DNA from: Octopus sinensis
Taxonomy: Eukaryota
Reading direction: 5' to 3'
Length of the DNA stretch: 64,000 bases
NCBI RefSeq assembly: GCF_006345805.1
Contig: NC_043013.1
Span: 8,990,001 to 9,054,000 of the forward strand
Part shown: in pieces, positions 1 to 12,103 of the stretch
How positions within the stretch are numbered: position 1 is the stretch's first letter
Layout of the letters: every line of letters begins with the position of its first letter
The notes under the pieces: generated by a model
Database searches by the model: none
What the model saw: the letters and a program-made list of their open reading frames with translations, nothing else
What the model was told of the DNA's origin: nothing
Made by a program: the position numbers and the translations under genes

Positions 1-111
1 CCTCCCCAAGCTTTCAGCTATATTTCAACAACTCTTAACCTTCACTTGCCCTAGGACGCTGGGTGTGCCCCAGCAAGTGATTGCATCAAACATGCAGATT
101 AAAAGTAAATG

Positions 112-183
112 ACAATAATAATAATAATAATAATAATAATGATAATAATAATAATAATAATAATAAAAATAATAATAATAATG

Positions 184-227
<44 letters not shown>
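112..227. repeat. (AAT)n microsatellite
   Basis: Direct reading. Similar tracts at 8270-8330, 8530-8583, 9746-9830, 10706-10748, 14047-14119, 37726-37778. Confidence 0.95.
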
Positions 228-228
<1 letters not shown>

Positions 229-318
229 CAATATAAAAAATGCGAAACTGAAAAGAAATCCTCCTACATATGATATATAAATATAAATACTGAAATAGCA
301 AAAGGAAATCTTTAATAC

Positions 319-415
319 CTTGTTGTTGACAATAATTTCCATGTAAAGGGTTTTCTCTTCAACAACTTTCTTTATGGCTTCCAGACTTATCCAAAGATTA
401 TTTGTGTTGAAAATT
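319..415 (-). CDS. UGP2: UDP-glucose pyrophosphorylase exon (K-IFNTNNLWISLEAIKKVVEEKTLYMEIIVNNK); gene continues left of the window
   Basis: FNTNNLW and MEIIVN motifs, tttattctag acceptor, gtatta donor, 97 nt, phase 2/0. Confidence 0.97.
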
Positions 416-586
416 CTAGAATAAAGTAACAATTAAAGTGTAAAGAAAATAGAATTTCTTAAACGTGTACTGGTGAATCAGAAAGTAATTTTATTACTTT
501 CTGATTTACTGCCATACATACGAAAGGATAAATAAAAAAAAAGTCAATGCAAATAAAAATTGTTTTATTTTCTGAATCACCATATA

Positions 587-991
587 CTCTTTTACTTGTT
601 TCAGTCATTTGACTGTGGCCATGCTGGAGCACCGCCTTTAGATGAGCAACTCGCCTCCAGGATTTATTCTTTGGAAGCCTAGTACTTATTCTATCGGTCT
701 CTTTTGCCAAACTACTAAGTTACAGCGACGTAAACACACCAGCATCAGTTGTTAAGCGATGTTGGGGAGACAAACACAGACACAATCATATACCCACACA
801 TACATATATATACATGTATACATATATACGATAGGCTTCTTTCAGTTTCCATCTACCAAATCCACTCACAAGGCTTTGGTCGGCCTGAGGTTATAGTAGA
901 AGTCAGTTGCCGAAGGTGCCACGCAGTGGGACTGAACCCAGAACCATGTGGTTGGTAAGCAAGCTACTTACCACACAGCCACTCCTGCGCC
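587..991 (-). mobile_element. Dominant tRNA-derived SINE (CORE-like body, internal TA/TG microsatellite, gtaaaagag tail), full length
   Basis: Head ggcgcaggagtggctgtgtggtaag with A/B-box-like motifs and tail cagcatggccacagtcaaatgactgaaacaagtaaaagag. Many copies in the window. Confidence 0.85.
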
Positions 992-1201
992 TATATAAAT
1001 GCTGAAATAGTAAAAAATATTGTTATTTTTTCCACTTTTATATTATTGCTCCTATCTTATAAATGCGGTAGTAATTTTAGGTGAGAAAATGGTAAGATAA
1101 GATAGGAGCAATATTATAAAAGTGGAAAAAAATAATATTTTTTACTATTTCAGCATTTATATAGGCATAGGAGTGGCTGTGTGGTAAGTAGCTTGCTTAC
1201 C
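954..1201. repeat. Inverted duplication, arms 954-1059 / 1098-1201
   Basis: Arms of about 105 bp, each made of a SINE head plus about 65 bp of non-SINE DNA; 38-nt spacer. Confidence 0.9.
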
Positions 1202-1698
1202 TATTCTAATATTCCCTCCCCACAGCCATACCGTCCCCAACCTCTCCGTTATTACTACCCTGATTCCTATAAAGGTGCACCTTTATAGGAATCCGGGTAG
1301 TAATAACGGAGAGGATTGTGAATGTCAGGCTCACAATCATGGAGTAGTGAGTTTGATTCTGGGACCCGGCTGTGTGTTGTGTTCTTGAGCAAGACACTTT
1401 ATTTCATGTTGCTCCAGTTCACTCAGCTGTAGAAATGAGTTGTGACATCACAGTTGCCAAGCTGTATCAGCCTTTGCCTTTCCCTCGGATAACATCAGTG
1501 TCATGGAGAGGGGAGGCTGGTATGCATGAGCGACTGCTGTTCTTCCATAAACATCCTTGCCCAGACTTATACCTTGGAGGGTAACTTTCTAGGTGCAATC
1601 TTATGGTCATTCATGACCAAAAGGGGTCTTTACTGTTTTTTTTACCCACCTAACTACCCACTCCTGTATCCCATCCCCAGACTATATTACCACTGCCA

Positions 1699-1927
1699 GG
1701 CGGCGAGTTGGCAGAACCGTTAGCACACCGGGCAAAATGTGTAGCCGTATTTCGTCTGCCGTTATGTTCTGAGTTCAAATTCCGCCTAGGTCGACTTTGC
1801 CTTTCATCCTTTTGGGGTCGATTAAATAAGTTCCAGTTACGCACTGGGGTCAATGTAATCGACTTAATTCGTTTGTCTGTCCTTGTTTGTCCCCTCTATG
1901 TTTAGCCCCTTGTGGGTAATAAAGAAA
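1699..1927 (+). mobile_element. Second tRNA-derived SINE family (Nin/Deu-like central domain gcctttcatcctttcggggtcgataaat), tail variant B
   Basis: Head ggcggcgagttggcagaa and B-box gagttcaaattcc. Further copies at about 5786-6003(-), 27593-27790(+), 37493-37720(+), 39505-39735(+), 39841-40075(+), 40245-40450(-), 52161-52386(+). The domain name comes from recalled similarity. Confidence 0.75.
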
Positions 1928-2420
1928 CATATATTACCACTCCCCTCCTATATTGGTTCAAATTTTGGTGCAAGGCCAGCAATTACATCGCTCCCAGTAC
2001 TCAACTGGTACTTATTCTATTGACCCCAAAACGATGAAAGGCAAAGTCAACCTCAGCAGAATTTGAACTCCAGCCCCGCTCCTATATTGCCACCTTTCTC
2101 TAAATAACCAACTCACTGTTATTTCACTGCAACCCACTTCTATATTAGTAGCCACTCTAATTTGACCACTGTCCACTCTTACATGATGAACCCTTGACCC
2201 AAAGGTTCATAGATCAAAACTACACTTATCCAAGCTACCATGCTGTAGGACTGAACATAAAAAAAAAATTTTTAATCTGTAAAATCATACATATGTAAGG
2301 ACAGTAGCACTTTAAATTATTGTAATATAACATTAAACGGTCCGCTGAGTAAATGTTATTAAAATTCATTGTTATTAATCATTGAACACAAAAAGCAAAA
2401 CAAAAATTTGTTACACTTAC

Positions 2421-2452
2421 TTGAATTTACTGACACTTTTAAATTCGTCTAC
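2421..2452 (-). CDS. UGP2: UDP-glucose pyrophosphorylase small exon (VDEFKSVSKF-K)
   Basis: VDEFKSVSKFK motif, cgtttcacag acceptor, gtaagt donor, 32 nt, phase 0/2. Confidence 0.95.
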
Positions 2453-3373
2453 CTGTGAAACGAAGATTGACAGATATAGATATTTTTTATATAAATTTTG
2501 ATAACAAGGCCAGCAAATTCATGGGTAGGGAGGCATAAGTTGATTACATCAACCCAAGTGCTCAACTAGTACTTATTTTATTAACCCCAAAAGGCTGAAA
2601 GGCAGAATCGACCTCAGGAGAATTTGAACTCGGAATGTAAAGATGGACGAAATGCTGATAAGTATTTTTCCCAGTACTCTAATCATTCTGCCAGCTTGCA
2701 AAGACTTTTAATGTTGGGTTCAAATTCTGGCACAAGGCTAGAAATTTGGTGAGTGGGAGCTAGTAGATCATATTGATCCATTGTTCAAATGGTACTTATT
2801 TCATCGACCCTGAAAAGATGAAAGGCAAACTCAATCTTCAAAGGTTTAGTCAAACAAATTAACTCCAGTACCAAGTTTATTTTTTGCTTTAAGTCTAGTG
2901 GATATTCTATTGATCTCTTTTGCAGAATCGCTAAATTATGGGGGATATAAATAAACTAACACCAGTTGTCAAACAGTGCAAGAACAACTCAAAGATACAC
3001 ACACATATACAGATACATGTAAACACGCACATACTTCCATCATGTCTATCAAAAGAGGTACATGCACTTTCACACACACATATACACTTGACAAAACTTC
3101 CGGCTACCAAATCCATTCACAAGGTTTTGGTTGCCCTGAGGATATACCAGAAGACGCTTGACCAAGGTGTTGCTCAGTGGGACTGATTTGAAACCATGTG
3201 TACGCACACACACATACACATATGACGGACTTCTTTCAGTTTCTGTCTACCAAATTCATTTTGTTTGGCCCGAGGCTATAGTAGAAACACTTGCCCAAGG
3301 TGCCATGCAGTGGGACTGAACCTGGAACCATGTGGTTGGTAAGCAAGCTACTTACCATACAGTCAATCCTGCA

Positions 3374-3408
<35 letters not shown>

Positions 3409-4550
3409 ACACACCCTCATTATATTTTTAACATCCACATTTCCATGTTTGCATTGGTTGGATAGAATTGGCTGAGATGGATCTTCAATGGCCAGATACC
3501 CATCTTGTCACCAACTCTTACCTGCTTCCTTGGAAAGAAACATTTCCCCATGACCAGACATGTTTTACGAAGAAGATTGAAAACAAAGGATCACATTGCA
3601 TCACATTGGCACTCACTTACGACTATTATGCAATGTCAAGGCATGGAGACAGTAACATGCACACACACACACATGTATACACGTATACAGTGACCACCCC
3701 ACACACCCACATATACATACACACATGTATACATATACTTGGTTTCAATCAACCAAGTCCACTTGCATGGCATTGGTTGGCCCAGGGTTCTAGTAGAAAA
3801 CATTTGCCCATTGTGCCATGCAGGAAGACTGAACCCAGAACCATGTGGTTGGAAAACAAACTTCTTATCACACACACACATACATACAGAAACACACACA
3901 CACACACAGCCATCCAAGAATTTGAACCTGGAGATCTCCATTTCCAGCGACTTCGAGGGCCACCTCCCAGTGGTGTCGGGTATCAACGAAGAGTCTTCAA
4001 CTACAAGACGACCAAAGTTTTTTTTTTCCATGGTCTGGGGTCTGCCGCCCCTAAGCCCTAGACCATCACCAAATTACCCTTACCCATCTTGTTTCTTAAC
4101 AACAACAACAACAACACACACACACATGCAAACATACACATGCGCACATACACACACACACATATGTGAGTGCACATGCACACACACACTGTTTTGGTAA
4201 TATATGAGACAAATGTGAAAAAATGTGTGGCTTTTGCCTTGTTCTACTTTCAGCATGTTGCATGCTGCAGTATTTATTTTGTCTGAGCTGAACACACATA
4301 CCCTTGACAGTCCTACAATTGAAAAAGCAATGAACTGGTGATCAGTCGAACGGAAGCCTATAATTATTGACTTTAAGATTTATGAGATTTATTTTATGAA
4401 ATGAAAATATCTGGCACACAGCAGCTGTTAGATTCAAGTCTCGGAAATACAGATGAATTTACTTAAATTCTAATCTCTGCAGCTGATATCTGAATTGGAG
4501 TCCATAACTAGTTGGACGTTGCATAATGTTACACTACAAACAATAATACT

Positions 4551-4968
4551 AGTTAAGTTAAGTTAAGTTAACTTTTTGGCTCAAAAAGCAAGGCCATGTA
4601 GGGGGACATGGAGTTATGTACAGGGAGGGTGTTCATGCAAAGAGTTCAGGCCATTTCTGGTCAAGAGAGACTTTGAACCGAGCGGTCGTCAGCATCTTCA
4701 CTCTCTTGTCCGGCAGCTTATTCCATGGATCTGCAACCCGGACGGAGAAAGCCCCCTCTCCTTCGGTTGAGATGAAATTGTCGCAGATAGAGCTTTTCGG
4801 AGTGACCCCGCAGCCGACGCTCTGGAGCAGGAGTGAAGAACAGCTCTTTCAAGAGGTTACACTTTCCGCTTATGATGTTGTGAGCAAGAATGAGATCACC
4901 ACGGCATCGTCGTTTTTCTAGAGAATAAAATTCGAGCATCTTCAGCCTTTCTTCATAAGACATATGTT
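4551..4968 (-). mobile_element. CR1/L2-group LINE 3' fragment with (TAACT)n tail
   Basis: ORF 4718-4963 SYEERLKMLEFYSLEKRRCRGDLILAHNII...RLRGHSEKL is typical of the post-RT C-terminus; pentamer tail at 4551-4572. Confidence 0.8.
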
Positions 4969-5373
4969 TGATATCATAACTGGTCAGATATCATAACTGG
5001 TCAGATTTATAATATTGGTTTCAAATTTTCTCACAAGACCAGTGGTTTCAAGGAAGGCAGTCAGTTGTTTACATCAAACCCAGCACTCAACTTGTACTTA
5101 TTTTTTTAACCCCCAAAAAGATGGAAAACAAAGTTGGCCACTGCAGCATTCAAACTCAGAACGTGAAGACAGATGAGATGTCACTAACCCAGCATTTCTC
5201 AACCGGGGTTTCGCAAGAAAGAGTGAGATAAGCTAATGCTAATTTCATGATCACAATATTACTATTCATGCACAACATATTATTGGTTATTGTAATATTG
5301 TAATATAGACTTCATCCTATCTTACCTATTATGTTATCAAAAAATTATAACAACGATATATATATATTATATT

Positions 5374-5785
5374 TGTAGTGACGCTACTGTGTAAGTTTCA
5401 GCGCACATGCGCAGAATTGGATTACTTTCAGTTGGCCACCAGAAGTTTCCTCATGCGCATGCGCAGGAACTGCAACCCGAAAACGTGACCACTGAATCGG
5501 TCTTTCTGGCAGAGCAGCGCTAGCGATCGGACGTGACTCGACTTCTCTCAGCGAACACCGTATCTTCTTGGCTCACACGAGTGAACATCGTAAACAGTCC
5601 TGTGGATTCGGCTGCCGGTTTCCCCACAAGAAATACATATGTATATGTTTTACCTGTGAACCACCGAATAAACTACTATTGTTGTTATTGAAGACAGCCT
5701 GACTTTGATTCCATTTCTTCAACTTGTATGTGACGAGATCAGATCGGACACCCCTCCAGTGTTCCTGAACTCTCATCCTGTTACA
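5374..5785. mobile_element. Probable solo LTR (412 bp)
   Basis: TGTAG...TTACA termini, 4-bp TATT on both sides (low complexity, weak), CpG-rich body unlike its surroundings, AATAAA at 5667-5672. Confidence 0.55.
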
Positions 5786-6097
5786 TATTCTTTTCTACTC
5801 TAGGCACAAGGCCCAGAATTTTTTGGGAAAGGGACCAGTCAATTAGATTGACCTCAGTATGCAACTGGTACTTAATTCATTGACCCTGAAAGGATGAAAG
5901 GCAAAGTCGAACTTGGTAGAATTTGAACTCGGAATATAAAGACAGACAAAATACCACAAAGCATTTTGCCTGGCATCCTAACGATTCTGCCAGCTCGCTG
6001 CCTTTATATTTATGATATTAACCACATGAACTACAATGAAAATATATGAGAAAGATATACATAATTTGTTTTGTGCAGGGGTTCCTAAAGACATGTA

Positions 6098-6570
6098 CCG
6101 TAAATCCTCAAGTATAGCTTGCCCTTGAGTATAATACGCAGGGGATTTTTAGGGGGCTGTACCACTGAAAAACCTAATACACACCCCTTCTCTAACTTGA
6201 ACGTGTGTAATTAAGCCAGTAGCACCTAGTCGAACAAATACTTCAGCACATGCGTAATACAATAATGGTGATGTTCTTAACTGTTATATGGGAATGTAAA
6301 TATGTTTGCAAATTATTTTTGTTACACGTCATTCTGTGTTCTGAATACCTTTATTTTAATATGACTTCATTGCTTTCAGGCTTAGCTTAAGGTATTTTCA
6401 CACCCGACATCACAAAATGCGTCTGAATAAACATTGCCAGACAGCAAATAGAGACTCAGACATTGCTTAGAAAATAATTTTTCATTTTTAACCTCGTATA
6501 TAGTACACACTCGGGATTTTGACCTTTAAATTTTGGGAAAAAAATGCGGATTATACTTGAGGATTTACGG
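6098..6570. mobile_element. Tc1/mariner-superfamily (Tc2/pogo-like) MITE
   Basis: Perfect 19-bp TIR CCGTAAATCCTCAAGTATA / TATACTTGAGGATTTACGG; TA on the left, TG on the right. Confidence 0.8.
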
Positions 6571-6661
6571 TGATTTATTTTAAGTGTTACGTAAGGGTAA
6601 AAAGGTTAAGAAACACTGCTCTAATCATTTCGCCTAGCATGCTAATGTTTCTACCAGATTG

Positions 6662-7789
6662 TTGACATAGCTGTTTCAGCCTTTTTGAATCCATAATTAG
6701 TTTCATAGCTGTCTACAACCAGAAATATCTGAGGGTTTCTTCCCACACTTATCTTTACTTCTACATCACTACTCCAGTCATATCATTTCTTATTATCTCC
6801 CTTCTCTATCTTGAGCAAGAGCTTATGCCCAAATCATCAAATTATTTATCACTTCTTAATTCTTCTTTACTGCATTAAACTAATACTTTATATTGTGTAC
6901 ACATATTTTTTTCATTGTTTTGTTTAATTCCTGATACCTTTAAACTAGGTTTTGAATAGTTTACTTTCATTAGATATCTTATTCCAAATAAAGTTCCAGC
7001 TCATTAAATTTGTGAGTAGCAAGATAAGTGTTTCTCAAATAGCCATGGATAGGTGCAGGGGGCATCTATGTGGACCTATGTGTTAAGACGTTTACTTTCC
7101 AACTACATGGTCTTGAGTTCAGTCTCACTGCATGGAAACTTAGGAAATTGTTTTCCAGTATAGCCCCAGGGCCAACCAAAAAACACTGCAAGTAGACTTG
7201 GTAGATGGAAACTGAAAGAAACCAGCAGCACATATTTGTGTGTATGTGTGTGTGTGTGTCTAAGTGTGGGTGTATGTGTGTGTGTGTGTGTGTATGCATA
7301 TATGTTTGCATGCATATGAATGTGTATGTGTAATTGTCTCTTTGCCTTGACTTTGTCTTTTCTGTTAAAAACTAATACTGCTATTTTTTAATAAACATTT
7401 AGTAATCTTTATGTTTTTTTAATGGATAAAAGTTCCTAGATCAAATCTAATGTGATACAAATATAGGAATAAGATATCTAATGAAAGTAAACTATTCAAA
7501 ACCTAGTGTAAAGGTAACAGGAATTAAACATAACAATGAAAAAAATATGTGTACACAATATAAAGTATTAGTTTAATGCAGTAAAGAAGAATTAAGAAGA
7601 GATAAACAATTCGATGATTTGGGCATAAGTTCTTGTTCAAGATAGAGAAGGGAGATAATAAGAAATGATATGACTGGAGTAGTGATGTAGAAGTAAAGAT
7701 AAGTGTGGGAAGAAACCTTCAGATATTTCTGGTTGTAGACAGCTATGAAACTAATTATGGATTCAAAAAGGCTGAAACAGCTATGTCAA
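6662..7789. repeat. 324-bp inverted repeat pair (6662-6985 / 7466-7789), about 97% identical, probably Penelope pLTR-derived
   Basis: Hand alignment gives about 9 substitutions and no indels; spacer 480 bp. Confidence 0.9.
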
Positions 7790-8135
7790 AACAGATAACA
7801 ATAATAGTAATAATAATCTTTTCTGCTTTAAGCACAAGGCCTGAAATTTTCGGGGAGGGGGACAGTCGTTTACATGAACCCCAGTATTCAGCTGGTACTT
7901 ATTTTATCAATCCTGAAAGGATGAAAGGCAAAGTCAATCTTGGTAGAATTTGAACTCAGAACATAAGGACAGACATTTAAAAACTTACAGTGTGGCTTAG
8001 AATGCGTTGCTTACCCATGCTTTTTAATTGAACTGAATTAATACTTTTTTTTAAGTATCACCATTATAGGTATTTATACTCTGATGCAATTAAGAAATCA
8101 ACTCATAAATAAACGAAACCTTTGAATCTATTAGT

Positions 8136-8170
<35 letters not shown>

Positions 8171-8528
8171 ACTGTCTTTCACTGATAGTGCACATGCACT
8201 TTTATACAATTTAGGACAGTTGATCTGCCATCCCACAGGGAAGTCAGGATTTCACCACAACAACAACAACAACAATAATAATAATAATAATAATAATACT
8301 GAATAATAATAATAATAATAATAATACTTTCTATGTAATCTCAAGTTTTAAAACAAACATAATTTTCGTTTATTTTTTTTTAGGCATTCACTAGTACAAC
8401 ACTAAATACAAAACCAAATATATGGCACACTAGGCATAACATCACGAACTTCCAACCTGTTGTCTCTTGAGGTCTCTGGGTGAGACTTGGAGCCAACTTG
8501 TACAAATGTAAAGCAAAAGTCAAACATA

Positions 8529-8583
<55 letters not shown>

Positions 8584-8587
<4 letters not shown>

Positions 8588-9141
8588 GCCCTAATGCAGT
8601 GCCAGGCAGTGGCTCTCATGGCTTCTGATCTTAACTGATTGGAAGTGTTATCATGTACATTGTTTTGTCTTGGTATAAAAGATGGGCTACAGCAAATATT
8701 CTGCTCAATACCACAGATTTGCTTGTCAGTTGTTTGACCTTAACCAGTTGAGCATGTCCCTTAGTGGCTGACGATATGTGCATCTCTGATCACGAGCAGA
8801 AGTAGTGGGGGAGCATCATAGCCATGTGTTGAGAGGGATTCTTTGGGGTTTGAATAGTTCACCTCTGGAAACATGGGTGGTTCTTTCAACATCCTTAAAC
8901 AATCCTTATTCAGGGACCTTTTGAGCGGGATGGGCTACTCAACCTGAAGAAAATTCTAACTGGGCCCCACCTGCAAGGTCATGTGCTGTTTATCTTGATA
9001 TGAGATCACCATGTCGCGCACATATAGTTGTGATGCATGTGCCTGGTGTACCTTTATCAGACGGGTAGTCATGATGGGTATATTGGGCTTCGTATATTTT
9101 ACCCCAGTGTCACTTTGATGGCATGCTCTGCTCTCTCACTC
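8584..9141 (+). mobile_element. About 560-bp non-coding retroposon flanked by (AAT)n
   Basis: Other copies at 10146-10706(+), 13861-14047(+, 5' truncated), 37779-38326(-) and a 28-bp 3' tip at 9831-9858. All end ctcactc-(aat)n. Confidence 0.8.
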
Positions 9142-9464
9142 AATAATAATAATAATAATGATGATGGACTCTCCCATCAAAGATGATGTATGTGTGTTCA
9201 GCTTTTGCCAAACAGCTTGTACAAATGGTTTGTTTACAGAGATGAAATGTATGCACTGTACATTAGTTCACTCCCTCCATTAAATCAGAATTGCTTCAGG
9301 TGTCAGACTGATTGCAGAGAAACATGAGATGGAGTGTTTTGCTCAAGAACACAATGCCCCGCCTGGTCTAAGAATTGAAACCATGGTTTCACAATCGTGA
9401 GTGCAACATCCTAACCACTAGGACATGTGTCCTCAATAATGATAATGATAATAATAATAACAAC

Positions 9465-9495
<31 letters not shown>

Positions 9496-9497
<2 letters not shown>

Positions 9498-9742
9498 TCC
9501 TATCATAGTAGGTGCATTAGGCATGATAAAAAAATATTCAGACAAATACATAACAAAAACACCAGGACTTACAAACACATATAACATACAGAAAATTGCA
9601 CTACTAGGCACTGCACACATCCTACGCAGAACACTTTCCATACAATAACCATCAGAGCATCACAACAAATCACAGCACATACCCAAGGCACACAGAGCTG
9701 CGCTCGGTAGTGAAGTGAAAGCACGCTATAAAAATAAAACTA

Positions 9743-9745
<3 letters not shown>
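9496..9745 (+). mobile_element. R4/Dong-like (RLE-type) non-LTR retrotransposon 3' fragment in an (AAT)n tract
   Basis: IPIIVGALGMIKK...IQKIALLGTAHILRRTLSIQ* resembles the R4/Dong C-terminus. The 3' UTR ends actactg-(aat)n and recurs at about 38355-38460(-). Confidence 0.75.
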
Positions 9746-9819
<74 letters not shown>

Positions 9820-9858
9820 TAATAATAATAATGGCATGCACTGCTCTCTCTCTCACTC

Positions 9859-9892
<34 letters not shown>

Positions 9893-9910
9893 TGTGCAAT
9901 TTTTTCTTAC

Positions 9911-9979
9911 ATGTTCAGCAGCAACTTGAGCTATTTCTAATAATCGGAGTTTGCCATTATATTCTACCAATGTTCCACC
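9911..9979 (-). CDS. UGP2: UDP-glucose pyrophosphorylase exon (GGTLVEYNGKLRLLEIAQVAAEH)
   Basis: GGTL..Y.GKLRL.EIAQV motif, ctctttttcag acceptor, gtaaga donor, 69 nt, phase 0/0. Confidence 0.97.
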
Positions 9980-10076
9980 CTGAAAAAGAGAGAAATATAT
10001 ATAAAAAAAATACATTATGAGGATAAGAAGTAAAAACGTTCATGCTACTAGTGCTACCCCCTTCTCTGAGTAAATA

Positions 10077-10140
<64 letters not shown>

Positions 10141-10706
10141 GTGATAAATGCCCTGATGCAGTACCAGGCAGTGGTTCTCATAGCTTCTGATCTTAACTGA
10201 TTGGAAGTGTTATCATGTACATTGTTTTGTCTTGGTATAAAAGATGGGCTACAGCAAATATTCTACTCAATACCACAGATTTTCTTGTCAGTTGTTTGAC
10301 CATAAACAGTTGACCATGTCCTTTGGTGACTGATGATATGTGCATCTCTGATCACGAGCAGAAGTAGTGGGGGAGCATCATAGCCTTGTGTTGAGAGGGA
10401 TTCTTTGGGGTTTGGATAATTCACCTTTGGAAACATGGGTGTTTTGTTCATCATCCTTAAACAACCCTTATTCAGGGACCTTTTGAGCAAGATGGACTAC
10501 TCAACCTGAACAAAATTTTAACTGGGCTCCACCTATAAGGTTATGTGCTGTTTATCTTGATATGAGATCACCATGTCATGCACAAATGGTTGTGATGCAT
10601 GTGCCCAGTGTACCTTTATCAGATGATGGCTAGTCATGATGGGTGTACTGGCTTTTGTATATTTTACCCCAATGTCACTTTGATTGAATGCACTGCTCTC
10701 TCACTC

Positions 10707-10748
<42 letters not shown>

Positions 10749-10994
10749 TATGATGATGATAATGATAGAGGAGGTAGAAAAAAAAGAAAAGTAAGAAGAA
10801 AAGATTAAGAAGAAAATTGAGAAGAAACGAATGAAAGGAGGGAGGAGGAGGCACAGGGGAAGGAGGAGGAGGATTATAGTTTTCATTGAAAAACACATGA
10901 TCCTTAATTTATTGATTCTTTGAGCAGACAAATAATATAAGGGTTGCTGAGTTATGACAACATCAAAAAAGGGCCAAACTGATAATATACAAAC

Positions 10995-11083
10995 CTTAAT
11001 GTCTGCTCTTGTCTTATCTGTAACTTCCATTACAAATTCTGGTGCTTCACCATTCTGGCGCTTTATAAGAGATTTCAAAATAT
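10995..11083 (-). CDS. UGP2: UDP-glucose pyrophosphorylase exon (H-ILKSLIKRQNGEAPEFVMEVTDKTRADIK)
   Basis: EFVMEVT.KTRAD.K motif, preceded by AC acceptor, gtttgt donor, 89 nt, phase 1/0. Confidence 0.96.
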
Positions 11084-12103
11084 GTTCAGAGAGTTAAGGA
11101 AGAAAATCTTTACCAGCAATTCTTAGACCAATAGATAGATAAGTCTACACACATACATACATGCATACATACATGCATACATACATGCATACATACATAC
11201 ATGCATACATACATACATACATACATACATACATACATACATGCATACATACATACACACACATGTTCTTTTACTTGTTTCAGTCATTTGAGACTGTGAC
11301 CATGCTGGAGCACTGCCTTAATGGGTTTTAGGGCCAAGAAATCGACCCCAGGGCTTATTCTTTGTAAGCCTAGTGCTTATTCTATCAGTCTTTTTTTGCT
11401 GAACTGCTAAGTTACAGGGATACACCAGCATCAGTTGAAAAGCAATAGTGGTGGTCGTGGTGGGGATGGTGACAAACACACACACACACACACACATAAA
11501 TATATATATTCACGATGGGCTTCTTTCAGCCTCCATCTACCACATTCACTCACAAGGTTTTGGTCGGCCCAAGGCTATAATACAAGACACCTTCCCAAGG
11601 TGCCACACAGTGGGACTGAAACTGGAACCATGTGGTTGGGAAGCAAGCTTCTTACCACACAGCCACACCTTCACCTATATACATATACATTTTTTATTCA
11701 TTTTGGTCATTAGACTGCAGCTATGCTGGGGCCCTGTGTTAAAGGTCAAATCATAAAAAAAGACCCCACCCCCAATATTTATCTTTTTCTAAGCTTCGTA
11801 CTTATTCTTTTAGTCACTTTTGGCCAAACCATCAACTTACGTGGATGTAAACAAACCAATACCAGTTGTCAATTGATAGTTGGGGACAAACACAAGGCAT
11901 ACACATATAGATATATATAATAATAAAAACATTGTGTACAGTGCTCAGGTGCACTACAACTCATCTAAAGTGTATGTATAATCAGGTGTAGTTTCGGCGT
12001 ATTTCGGAAAGCATGAGGGCCTTAAAGGATGCAGTGTCATGGCAGTCAACAACTGACGCAGGCAGTTTGTTCCATGCTTCAGCAACTCTGAGCGTGAAAA
12101 AAT

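Larger units (their letters stand above)
5190..6618. mobile_element. Non-autonomous hAT-like DNA transposon carrying nested insertions
   Basis: TIRs cagcatttctcaacc / ggttaagaaacactg and degenerate 8-bp TSD cactaacc / ctctaatc. It splits a SINE whose halves rejoin across the element. Confidence 0.65.

Noticed and set aside
8584-8660. Possible HDV-like ribozyme at the discrete 5' end of the 560-bp element
   Set aside because: Only two simple hairpins could be drawn; the nested double pseudoknot could not be built by eye. The CTGACGA at 8769 also lacks a stem II/GAAA partner.
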